This document shows positions 1-10,629 of a stretch of DNA of 33,060 nt, in pieces (positions within the stretch are counted from its first letter, which is position 1; each line of letters begins with the position of its first letter). Under the pieces are notes generated by a model. It did not search any database. It was not told the origin of the DNA and saw only the letters and a program-made list of their open reading frames with translations. This stretch comes from Azolla caroliniana. Its lineage: Eukaryota; Plantae; Polypodiophyta. The position numbers were made by a program, and so were the translations under genes. The DNA lies in contig JBHGNT010000341.1 in NCBI GenBank assembly GCA_043228905.1, positions 1 to 33,060 of the forward strand, in the 5' to 3' direction.

Positions 1-142
1 AGAGTACACAGATAGAAGAATAAAAATGAAACTTATATTAAATGATGAAGCTCGTAGTGATTACAGTACTCAGCCTCAGCCGGAAACAGTTCGTACAGAA
101 CTTGCTGCTGTGATATTACTCTCGCTAAGAACGCTCTAGCTA
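1..142 (-). repeat. Putative 3' LTR (partial, runs off window) of the gag-only copia
   Basis: Begins immediately after the PPT; starts TA rather than canonical TG; no partner copy in window. Confidence 0.5.
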
Positions 143-152
143 CTCCCCCCTT
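143..152 (-). other. Polypurine tract (PPT), copia type
   Basis: Plus strand ctcccccctt = minus AAGGGGGGAG. Confidence 0.65.
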
Positions 153-319
153 GAGGTATGCATAACTTGGGTTATATAGTTTTCCCCTTCAGACAGAGCC
201 GAGCCATCGGCTGATTGTGAGGGCTAAAACACGGCTATTTTTAGTCTTACCTATTTCCTCACCTACTCTTCTACCTAACGGACAGTTTACGTAATATATT
301 TATATTTCTGGCCTATGGA

Positions 320-817
320 CAACATCCTTAACGAGTGGAATCATTGTGCGAGGCCGCCCAAGCATACTTGAGCCATCTTGCCTTCGTGGAAGTTTATGTT
401 GATGGAGCCAAGAGAGTCGCAAATGCTCTTGACCTTGGCAGTGTAGTACAACACGGACATATCTTTTTGCCAAATGTTGTTCAACTCTTGTCGGAGTTGT
501 AGCTTTCGGGCGGTCGTGTTGGCAATGAAAATCTTCTTTAAGTTCTCCCACAGCTCTTTAGGTGTCTTGGCGTCTCAAATGTGGTTAAGCATGTGGTCGT
601 GGACACATGTTGCCAAGCAATACATTACCCAACTCACTCCTTGCTCCCATGTTGGGTAGTTGGCGTTTGTGATGTCAGGTTTGTTTTCGAGTGTGTCGTT
701 GATGTAGCTCCAATACCCTTGGCTGACAAGGTATTGGTTCATCTTGTAGTCCCAAGATGAATAATTGCTCCGGTCTAGCTTTTCACTAGGGAGCAAGCTA
801 CCCATTTGTGTGTTCAT
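320..817 (-). pseudogene. gag: Ty1/copia Gag N-terminal part
   Basis: EKLDRSNYSSWDYKMNQYLVSQGYW...HI*DAKTPKELWENLKKIF...RKLQLRQELNNI...KVKSICDSLGSIN...VCLGGLAQ*; one frame, in-frame TGA stops (575-577 and ~341) consistent with CGA>TGA. Confidence 0.85.
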
Positions 818-1107
818 GTTGCTGTAATGACTTCACTTTTGTGTTTTCTTCCTTTGGTCACGTACACGTGCTACATAGCGGCACTACGGTAGCCGATAGC
901 CAGATTTATCGTTGGCGTCTCGAACACACAATCACGAAGAGTCGGGTGGGCTTAGTGGATGTGCTAAACCACACACTCTATTACAAGGTTAAAAATTAGG
1001 TAATTAACTACGGGTTTATTAGTACCTAATTATGTGATTAAGTTAAGCGGAAGATTAAGTGATATGTGTGTGTATGTGTGTTAGAGGAAGAGAGAGAGGA
1101 AGTTAAC

Positions 1108-1560
1108 AGGCACGGTGTGTTCGAGCTAGATTCCCTTCGATCGGTAATACTCCTCAAACTGCCCTCGATATTCGCCTTCATTGTCCGCTTAGACTACTTT
1201 CAGTTTTTGGTCGGTCTCTCTCTCGGCTCTCGCTTGGAACTCCTTGAAGACAGATAACACTTGGTCCTTTGTCTTCAATACAGAAGCCCACAACTTCCGA
1301 CTACAGTCATGGATGAAGGTCACAAAAGATTGTGAACCAACCGATGACTTCGTGTCCACGTACCACACATCTGTACATGCATGAGTTCCAGCTGCATTTT
1401 CTTCCTCATCGGGGGCCTAATTCGAGCCTTCATCGTCCAACCGATCAACTGATATCAAATTTAACATTACTTCCAAAACATGTCGAACATCTCTCAACAC
1501 AGGTCTGCCCCTGTTTGAGGTTACCAAACACACATCTCCTATGCCGACAATTCGGCAGGC
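1108..1560 (-). pseudogene. pol: Ty1/copia (Tnt1/Tork-like) pol fragment: protease C-terminus joined by deletion to integrase core
   Basis: Manual translation: ACRIVGIGDVCLVTSN...LRDVRHVLEVMLNLISVDRLDDEG, then TDVWYVDTKS..FVTFIHDCSRKLWASVLKTKDQVLSVFKEFQARAERETDQKLKVV*ADNEGEY..FEEYYRSKGI*LEHTVP. Not in ORF track because of stops. Confidence 0.85.
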
Positions 1561-2475
1561 TATTGTGTGGTTTTTCACACACAATATGAAAATTAGTAAA
1601 ATAATTATTTATGATTAGCTTAATGGATTGATATGGAACGTATTTCACTACACATGAAACGGATAAATAAGTATCAAGTTATGTGAGTGTGAAGTTTGAG
1701 AAGATCAGAAAAACAAATTCTAAGATATCCCACATAGATAAGACAACATTGAATCCCCATAGTATATAAGGAGAGCCAGAAAATATTACTTTATGTGTAT
1801 GTGTGAAGCACAGAATGTTCAAGGTGACTTGGGCTAAACTGTGTGAATGAATGGCTCAAAATATTTTGGGTCACGACTTGATCAGCCATGGCATACGGCC
1901 CGGTCCGGACGTGTGTGTCTGCGGACGCGTACACGGCTCGGTCCAGATGCGCGTACATGACCCATGTGTGCGGACGCCCGAGCAGATGCGTACACGGCGT
2001 GGTCGGGACATGCGGCTTCTGTGCGAACGCATACACGGCGCGGGCGAGATACGTCTATGCACGAATGCGTCTACGGTTCGGTTGCAACGCATGGTTTGGT
2101 TGTGATGCATGTACGGATTACGCATGGGCTTAACTTTATGGATGATGGGATTATGTGGACGAATTATACGAACAGTCACATGCAACTAAAAGTAAAGGTC
2201 AAGCAACTAAAAAAGGAGGCCATGCAACTAAAAGTAAAGGTTAAGGAACTAAAAAAGGAGGCCATGCAACTAAAAATAAAGGCCAAGCAACTAAAAATGG
2301 AGGCCATGCCACTAAAATTGGACGCATGCAAAGGAACATGGGCAACTATGATCAGCAAAGAACTTCATATATGTTCCACTTTTTTTTTTTTTTAGTTTTT
2401 TTTTTCCCCTTATCTTCTTCTCTCTCCCATTCCTTGGGGAAAGATAATCTCTCATATCTCTAATAACGCTCCTTA
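1561..2475 (+). repeat. Element A 5' LTR, 3'-truncated
   Basis: Colinear with 12216-~13236; TATA-like TATATAA 1763-1769; joins RT coding sequence at CTCCTTA (2469-2475). Confidence 0.85.
2180..2305 (+). repeat. 42-bp tandem repeat (dimer of 21-bp GCAACTAAAA.. units), 3 copies; 2 copies in 3' LTR (~12978-13061)
   Basis: atgcaactaaaagtaaaggtcaagcaactaaaaaaggaggcc repeated. Confidence 0.85.
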
Positions 2476-3567
2476 TTCTAATAGGTGGTTCAGTGTGCCG
2501 AAGAAGAATGGATCGTTGCGATTCATCCAAGATCTTCAACCCGTCAACAAGGTGACAATTCGGAATGCTAGAATCGGTCCGAGTGTGGATGAATTTGCCG
2601 AGGCGTTTGCAGGCCGGTCCATCTACTCCATTGGTGATCTCTACTCTGGATACGATCAATTCCAGTTGGCGATCGACAGTCATGACATTACAACCATGAG
2701 GACTCCAATAGGGCTTGTGCGGATGTGTAGCTTATCTCAAGGTGCAACGAATTCGATGGCTCATATGGTGAATGCCATGAACAAGGTCTTGAAGGATTGC
2801 ATCCGAGGCATCATGATGCCATTCTTGGATGACATTCCAATATAAGGATGTTCGGATGAGGAGAAGGATGAATCGAAAGATAAGGATGGATGCAGAAAGA
2901 TTGCGAGAAGGTGCTCCAAAGGCTCAAAGATGCGAATTTGACATTTTCGGGAGAAAAATCCGCATTCAGGCAACCAGAGATCTTGGTGGTAGGTCACTTG
3001 TGTGGAGCATATGATCGGAAGCGTTCGCTATCCAAGGTGAATGTGATCCAAGACATGAAAGAAGAATGTGTAACCCAAACGGAGGTATGAAGGTTCCTTG
3101 GAGCATGCGTGTTTTATCATATTTGGATTCCACACTATGCCCACATTGTTGAGCCATTATACGGTCTACTAAAGAAGAAGTGGAGGTTTGAATGGACAAG
3201 CCATCATACTTTTGCCATCCGAAGCCTAAAGAAATTATTGATGGAGGCACCTGCATTACAGAAGGCGGACTATTCAAATGGCAAGCCCATTTTCGTGACC
3301 GTGGATACTAGTCCAATCGGAATTGGATGGGTTATAAACCAAGAAGACGAAGATTGGAACCGTTATGCAATTCAGTTTGGTGCGAAAGTGTTAAGTGATA
3401 GGCAAAGAAGGTATGCCCAAGTGAAGAGGGAGCTATGGGGAATCGTATCGGCGATCAAGTCTGATTGTGACTACCTTATTGGAGTAGAAGTCATAATCGA
3501 GACAGATTGCCTACCAATCTTGGGTATCATATCTAGATGTAGTACACCAGATATTGCCATGCTACGT
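2469..3567 (+). pseudogene. pol: Element A pol, RT and RNase H (frameshift and stop), interrupted by element B
   Basis: APYSNRWFSVPKKNGSLRFIQDLQPVN...DLYSGYDQF...PFLDDIPI; RNase H VTVDTSPIGIG...KRELWGIV...IETDCLP. Confidence 0.9.
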
Positions 3568-3718
3568 TGTCGTGAAAAAACCGTCCACAAGCGGAATCGG
3601 TGCACCGGAGCGTAGGAACAGGCTCTTCATGCACGTGCGCCTTATGTTGTACATAGGGGATCCTAGGCAGGTAGATTCGGGAGGTAGGAAGTTGAGGGGA
3701 AACGGCTCCTTCCTTGCC

Positions 3719-3725
3719 TATAAAA
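3719..3725 (+). promoter_or_regulatory. LTR TATA box (copy at 10141-10147)
   Basis: CCTATAAAAGG in both LTRs upstream of the CT-rich leader. Confidence 0.7.
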
Positions 3726-3797
3726 GGAGGGAGACGAGGAGGGTTGAGGGATCGCGGAGAGTCGAGGACGAAATGATGTCGGTTCGTGGGTCGGAGG

Positions 3798-3902
<105 letters not shown>

Positions 3903-4270
3903 GCTCGCAAACTCGGTAGCTTCTGGCTGTGCAGGTTTCGGGAGGCTCGCGCTGCTCTGAGGAATGCTCGAGTGCTTCCGGCAGCACCTCCAACCTACTC
4001 TTTCCTTTCTGTGCGTTTACGAACAGGCATCGGCATCTGTTCGCCGGCCTGTTCGGTTGTAACCGACTTTGTGCTTCTGGTTGTTTGTTTGTTAATATAT
4101 ACATTTACATACATTTGTGTCCCTTGTGTCGGTGTCCCACTTGCGTCTTTGTGTCGAAGGGCCGTGTCCCTGTGATTCTACGATCGCACGTAGTGGGTCC
4201 CCTCCCTTCTCCTTTCTCTCTTGCTCTTCGGTACAAGACCCCCGAGGTCCCGCCTCATTCCTCGACATCT

Positions 4271-4288
4271 TGGTGAACCCGACGTGAA
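4271..4288 (+). other. Primer binding site complementary to tRNA-Trp 3' end
   Basis: TGGTGAACCCGACGTGAA, 3 nt after the LTR; reverse complement of the recalled plant tRNA-Trp(CCA) 3' end TTCACGTCGGGTTCA-CCA. Confidence 0.85.
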
Positions 4289-4310
4289 GGAGGTGGCAGA
4301 AGAGCAGAAA

Positions 4311-6435
4311 ATGAAGGGGTCGGATCTTGCAGAGGCCATGGCTTCGGCCGTGGATCGGATATTGAGTGCACGCGAGGGCACCGGCGCCCTCGACAGAGCC
4401 ATTGAGGCGGTCGTCGGTACGATCAGCCGGTTCAACGGAAAGGATGCCACGAAGTATTTGGCGTCCTACAGGGCAAAAATGAGGATACGGGACATTCTGG
4501 AAGAGAGGCGTCTTGCCGGGTTTCCTCGAGTGGCGATGCCGAGCATCCATGCGGAGGTGCTCGAGGTGCGGGCGGAGAGCCGTACCTGGGAGGAGTTCGA
4601 AGGCCGACTCCTAGAAACTACGGGTTTCACGACGCGCTCCGGCTTTCGAAACGAGACTTCATGGAATGGGTGGAGTCCCCCGGCAAGGGAAGAAACGCGT
4701 CGGCACTCCTCCGGGAGTTCGAAGAACGCTTTGCGCGCCTTTCGACGCTTGACCGAACTGTTCTGGATATGAGCCGGGTCCTACTGTTCGTCAAGTCGGT
4801 GGACGAGCGGGACCGGGATCAAGTCGGCTCCTTGCCGGAAACCGAAGACGGGCTGACGACCGACTGGGCAGCGGTTAAGAGAGTCTGTGGCCGTTTCGAC
4901 AAACGACGGGAATGGGCTGACAACGGGGCGGCCGGTGCGGGCTCTGTCACAGCAAGGAGGCTTGAACCGGCACCGCAAGGGCGAAGGGAAGAAACCCGGG
5001 AATGGCTCGAAACCGGTCCGGCTTCGACCGGCATAGTCAATGGCTCGTCCGGAGGAGCGGCGCTGGAGGAGTTGACGCGGGCGATAAAGGATCTCCAGAT
5101 CGCCCAGACTCGAAGGGAAGGCGGCGAACCGGCTCATGACGACGGCCGGCAGCAGGGAACAGGTGCATGTGGTGCGACGAGGTTGGCCACATTCGGAAGG
5201 ACTGCGGCGATTTCGCAGAGGCGTTGAGGAACCGAGTAGTGTACCTGTGGGAAGGCCGGGTGCATGCCGGCGACACCAGAAGGGACCTAAACCGAAACGA
5301 CAGGCAAGGAGAAATGAAGAGACTGATGGAAGAGGCAGCGGCCCGACACGTGGAGGCCATCCACTACTCGGCGTCGGCCGGCATTCGGGTCGGGGGCGGC
5401 GAGGCCCGAAAGGAGAGCAATGACGGATTCTGGCCGGCAATGCTGGAAGGCCTCGCTGGCGCACGGTTGAGGAAAGATGAAGCGGACCGCGCTGAGAGAC
5501 GGGTCCGGGAAGTAACCGGGTGGAGCGACCCGGTCGAGGAGAAGACGGGCTTCGTAGAAGCCGCCTACTGGAACTACGAGGCTCTGGTAGAAGACAAACG
5601 AGTGGGGAAAGCCGGAGTGGACGGGCCCTCACAACGGTACGAGACCCGATTCGGGCAACGACGCAACGATGCCGGTGGGTCCAGCTCGCAAGATAACCCG
5701 AGGAAGGGCGGATACCGACTGGGGACGGAAATAGAAAGGACTACGGACCTACGAAAGGTTCTAGAAGAACGGATCCTCGAAAGCAAAGTGGAGTTATCAT
5801 TGTGGGAGGTGCTAGGGATCGCCAAGAAGGAGTTCCACGACTCCATTGTGGACCTAGTGAAACGGAAGAGGCTGTCAACGGAGACGGAACCGGAGAGACC
5901 GGTGGAGGTGCGGACGACGCACATCGACGACATGGCGCTGGAAGATGAGTGGGCGGAGAGCCACTATTCAAGGCCGCACTGGGCCCGAGCGACCACGGAG
6001 ACCCCGGTGAAGATCGAAGATGTTCAGGAACCGGTGGTGGCATTGGTGGACCACGGTTCGGAAATAAACCTGATGTCCATGGACTTCTATAAGAAGGGAA
6101 AGTGGCCGATCAACACCAAGCACGGGTGGAAGATACGGGCGGCGACGCGCGCCACCGAGGAACTGCACGGGGCCTGCCCAAACGTGTGAGTCAAGATCGG
6201 CGATGTCGAGATTGACCAGCACTTCTTCGTATAGGAGACGTCCTCGCACCCGGTCATATTAGGTGAACCATACATCACGGCGGCGCGGATGGAGACCAAA
6301 GTGTTGGACAACGGTTCAGCCTACGTGAGGGTCAAAAGCTAGGACGGGCGCCATTCGGTCCAATTTCTGACGGTGCAGCCGAACCACGAGCGAAACCGTG
6401 AATCCCTCGGTGGCGAGAACCGAGAGGATTTTTAG
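4311..6435 (+). pseudogene. gag: Element B gag-protease ORF (frameshifts ~4617 and ~5135; stops at 6187, 6231, 6340)
   Basis: Zinc knuckle CMWCDEVGHIRKDC; aspartic protease ALVDHGSEINL; natural end ...REDF* at 6433-6435. Confidence 0.85.
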
Positions 6436-9400
6436 AGAGGGCTGCCAAGGCGTGGGGCAGAGACAGTCCGGACACTCGGGAAAGACCCCACAGCTGTACG
6501 ATAGAACCGAAACCGAAGAAACCTAGTACGATAGGTAGAAAATTTTGCTTCTCCGACGACGGAGGGTGTATGATAGTCGGCATCGTTGGCCGAGAGAGGG
6601 CAAGGGCGGAGGAGCGACTTCAAGCGTGCGGAGTCCTCGGCCCGGACAAGGAAATCAGCGGAGCCGTGGAGGCGGTCTCCTTCGACAACACCTTGGGGAT
6701 GCTGAGGAAGGTAGCCGGAGAAGACCTTAACGAAGACCGGACGATACCGGTATGTTCCGAAGAGATGTACGAAGTCATCGCGAACTTCAGCCAGGGGCTC
6801 TGGTCGGATCGGACGGCCCGAGTTAGCACTAAGTACAAGACTGTGGACCGGAAGGTAAGGCCAGTCGCGGCACCCTTACCGAAGGGCAACGAGTCCCGAA
6901 TCAGAGGGGTTGCCTCGGACCCCAGTTTACGAGATCCGGCCTGCATAGGACACACCTTCACCGACGGGACGCTCCGGGAGCTCAAGATCGGTGGGGGTGG
7001 GTTCCTACTGCCGGTTTCGGAGAATGCTCGGAAGGCACGGAAAGGCCTTCACATTCTCACCGGAAGAGATTGGGTGCGTAGACCCGACGATCGTGGAGCC
7101 AATGGTGATATTCACGGTACCGCATGTGCCGTGGAATCTCAAGCCGATTCCAGTACCGAGAGCTCACATCCCAGAGTTGATGGAGCTACTGAGGCAGAAA
7201 GTCGATATGGGTATTCTCGAACCGTCGAGCGCGCCATACTCGAACCGATGGTTTACCGTACCAAAGAAAAACGGAACATTGCGCTTCATTCAGGACCTGC
7301 AGCCGGTCAATAGAGTGACCATTCGGAACGCAGGAATCGGACCGACCATAGACGAGTTCACGGAGGCCTTCGCCGGAAGGTCGATTTACTCAGTCGGTGA
7401 TCTGTATTCGGGGTACGACCAGTTCCAGCTAGCCGTGGAGAGCAGAGACATTACGACGATGCGAACTCCCCTCGGCCTAGTGCGAATGTGTACCCTGCCA
7501 CAAGGAGGGACCAACTCGGTGGCCCACATGGTGAATGCAATGAACAAGGTACTGAGGGATTGCATCCCGGACATCACCATGCCATTTCTGGACAACATCC
7601 CGATAAAGGGGTGCCCGGTGGAAGAGAGGGACGAGACAGTCGGGCCAGACGGATGCCGGCGATTCGTGGCGACACACATCGACGACTGCGAGAAGGTGCT
7701 ACAAAGGTTAGAGGATGTGAGGCTCACCTTCTCCAGGGAGAAATCGGCCTTCGGGCAATCGGAAATCCTGGTGGTCGGACACCTATGTGGACCATATGGC
7801 CGGAAGCCGTCTCCGGCAAAGCTAGAAGCCATCTCCGCGATGAAGACCGACTGTAGCTCGGTAACGGAAGTTCGGAGGTTCCTGGGGGCATGCGCATTCT
7901 ACCACATATGGATCCCGCATTACACCCACATTGCGGAGCCGCTATACGGGTTGCTGAAAAAGGGGCGAAAATTCGAGTGGCGAGACGAGCACACGAAGTC
8001 GGTCCGGAAGCTAAAGGAAGCTCTTGCGGCAGCACCGGCGCTCCGGAAGGCTGTCTACGAGAAGGGTACCCCGGTATACATAACGGTGGATACGAGCCCG
8101 ACCGGGATTGGATGGGTCGTCAACCAAGAAGACGAGGACGGCACCCGGTTCCTGATCCGATTCGGCGCAAAGGTCCTCAATGAGCGGCAGCGAGGGTACG
8201 CCCAGGTTAAGCGCGAACTCTGGGGTATCGTTTCGGCAGTAAAGGCCGACAAGGACTACCTGATCGGGACAGAAGTAGTTATCGAGACGGATTGCCTGCC
8301 AATTCTCGGCATGGTTTCCGGATGCGCGACACCGGACCTGGCGATGCTCAGGTGGATAACGTACATCAAGTCCCTAGACCCGGAAATACGACACATTTCC
8401 AGAAAGGACAACGCCATGGCCGACATGCTTTCGAGGGCGAGGTTTGATGACGAGGGCAACATGGTTTCGGAGGACGAAGAAGTCGGCGTGGACTTCTTCG
8501 AGGCGGGGTACGTGACGATCGATGGGGCGAGCACTCAGGCACTTAACGGCTTCGACGAGAGCAAGTACGACGGCGAGTGGCTACAGATCGGTGGGTTTTT
8601 GAGGACAATGACGCCGGATGCGTCATGGACGAGGGACGAGGCCAACCGGATCCGGAAGAAAGCATACCGATTCTTTCTCCGGGACGGATACTTATGGAAG
8701 CACCCGAAGAACAGGAACGACGTCCCGCTCCGGGTGGTGGCGATGAAGGAAGAACAGGAGGAGCTGCTGACGGCCTACCACGACAGCCCTTGGGCTGGAC
8801 ACCGGGGAACGTAGGCCACGTTCGAGAAGATAAAGGGGAAGTACTGGTGGCCGGGACTGTACTGGGACGTGCATCGGTTCGTGACAACTTGCGAGAGCTG
8901 TCAGATGCACTCCATAGTCCGACATCGGGACGAGCTTCACCCTACGTACCCTCCAACCATCCACTTCAAATGGATGGTAGATCTGGTGACGATGCCGATG
9001 GGAGTAGGACAGATGCGGTATCTGGTCCTGGCTCGGGAGGATCTAACGAACCAAGTAGAAGGCCGAGCCCTTCAGAACAAAACGACCGCGGCCGTATGTC
9101 GGTTCCTGATCGAGGACGTAATATGCCGGTACGGGTGCGTCGGGAAGATCGTGGCTGATCACGGGGAGTTGGACGCCGAAGAGGCCGAGGAGCTGTTCGA
9201 CCGGCTAGGAGTCAAGCTCTCGCTCACCACTGCGTACAATCCGGAGGCGAATGGGAAGGTGGAGCGCGGACACGGACCGATCGTCAAGGCGTTAGTTCGG
9301 GCATGCGGGGGTCAAGTCGGGAACTGGCCGCGACTGCTGCCTTACGCGTTGTGGGCTGACCGAACTACGCACAGTTCGATAACCGGATTCATGCCGGCAG

Positions 9401-9915
9401 AGCTCATGTTTGGGCAGAAGCCGGTCATGCCGATGGAACGTACGATATCCTTGTGGGCAACCGTGGACTGGAGAGACGAGATGAGCCGGGAGGAACTGTT
9501 GGCGGCGCGCATACGACAGCTCGAGCGAAGGCCGGAGGACGTGGAGCAGGCTGCGGGGAAGCTTCGGGTGGCAAGGACGAAGAACAAAGCCCGGTTCGAC
9601 CGAACGCACTGGCTCCGACCGAAGAAGATCGAGGAAGGCGACTGGGTGCTAGTCTACGATAGCAGCCTCGACAACCAGCACCGAGCGACACGGAAGTTCG
9701 CAAGAAGGTGGTTCGGGCCTTACGTGGTACAAAGCGCCAACGACAACGGGACGTACCATCTGGCGGAACTCGACGGCACGAGAATGGCGATACCGGTAGC
9801 TAGGAAGCGGTTCAAAGCGTTCAAGAAGCTTCACGATGACGAGCCGGATCCGGTTGACCTGCACCGCGACGACGAACGATCCGAAACCGAGGAAGAACCG
9901 ACGGGAGGAGAATGA
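6432..9915 (+). pseudogene. pol: Element B pol: linker-RT-RNase H-integrase (frameshift ~7015, TAG 8812-8814); no chromodomain
   Basis: RT DLYSGYDQF/PFLDNIPI; RH ITVDTSPTGIG; INT HDSPWAGH..CESC, WMVDLV, VADHGE, NGKVERG, WFGPY. Confidence 0.92.
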
Positions 9916-9975
9916 AGGCTGGACCAGTTTTCTCCGTCCCAACACAATTTGGCGCATGCCGGTGGATGCGCGGTT

Positions 9976-9988
9976 AGGTGGGGGCGGA
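9976..9988 (+). other. PPT of element B
   Basis: AGGTGGGGGCGGA directly before the 3' LTR; equivalent G-rich tracts at 12204-12215 (A) and 15374-15385 (C, minus). Confidence 0.8.
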
Positions 9989-10625
9989 TGTCGTGAAGAA
10001 AACCGTCCACAAGCGGAATCGGTGCACTGGAGCGTAGGAACCGGCTCTTCATGCACGTGCGCCTTATGTTGTACATAGGGGATCCTAGGCAGGTAGATTC
10101 AGGAGGTAGGAAGTTGAGGGGAAACGGCTCCTTCCTTGCCTATAAAAGGAGGGAGACGAGGAGGGTCGAGGGATCGCGGAGAGTCGAGGACGAAGTGTTG
10201 TCGGTTCGTGGGTCGGAGGCTTCTCTCTCTCTCTCTCTCGCTCGCAAACTCGGTAGCTTCTGGTTGTGCAGGTTTCGGGAGGCTCGCGCTGCTCTGAGGA
10301 ATGCCCGAGTGCTTCCGGCAGCACCTCCAACCTACTCTTTCCTTTCAGTGCGTTTACGAACAAGCATCGGCATCTGTTCGCCGGCCTGTTCGGTTGTAAC
10401 CGATTTCGTGCTTCTGGTTGTTTGTTTGTTAATATATACATTTACATACATTCGTGTCTCTCTGTGTCGGTGTCCCACTCGCGTCTTTGTGTCGAAGGGC
10501 CATGTCCCTGTGATTCTACGCTCGCACGTAGTGGGTCCCCTCCCTTCTCCTTTCTCTCTTGCTCTTTGGTACAAGACCCCCGAGGTCCCGCCTCATTCCA
10601 CGCATCCGCGAGGAATACCTCGACA
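9989..10625 (+). repeat. Element B 3' LTR (637 bp)
   Basis: TGTCGTGAAG...CCTCGACA; matches 3568-4267. Confidence 0.95.
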
Positions 10626-10629
10626 ACGT

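Larger units (their letters stand above)
1..1107 (-). mobile_element. Truncated Ty1/copia element: leader + gag only + PPT + partial 3' LTR (non-autonomous remnant)
   Basis: Copia-type gag at 320-817, about 170 bp non-coding, then polypurine tract AAGGGGGGAG (152-143, minus strand); no pol between gag and PPT; 5' LTR/PBS not found (abuts copia integrase fragment at ~1108). Confidence 0.7.

Noticed and set aside
1964-2395. Coiled-coil-like MQLKVKVKQLKKEA ORF (also 12639-13151)
   Set aside because: Translation of LTR 21/42-bp tandem repeats.
4781-5632. 283-aa antisense ORF and other shadow ORFs in element B
   Set aside because: Expected in GC-rich coding DNA; low-complexity P/R/S content, not conserved in homologous element C.
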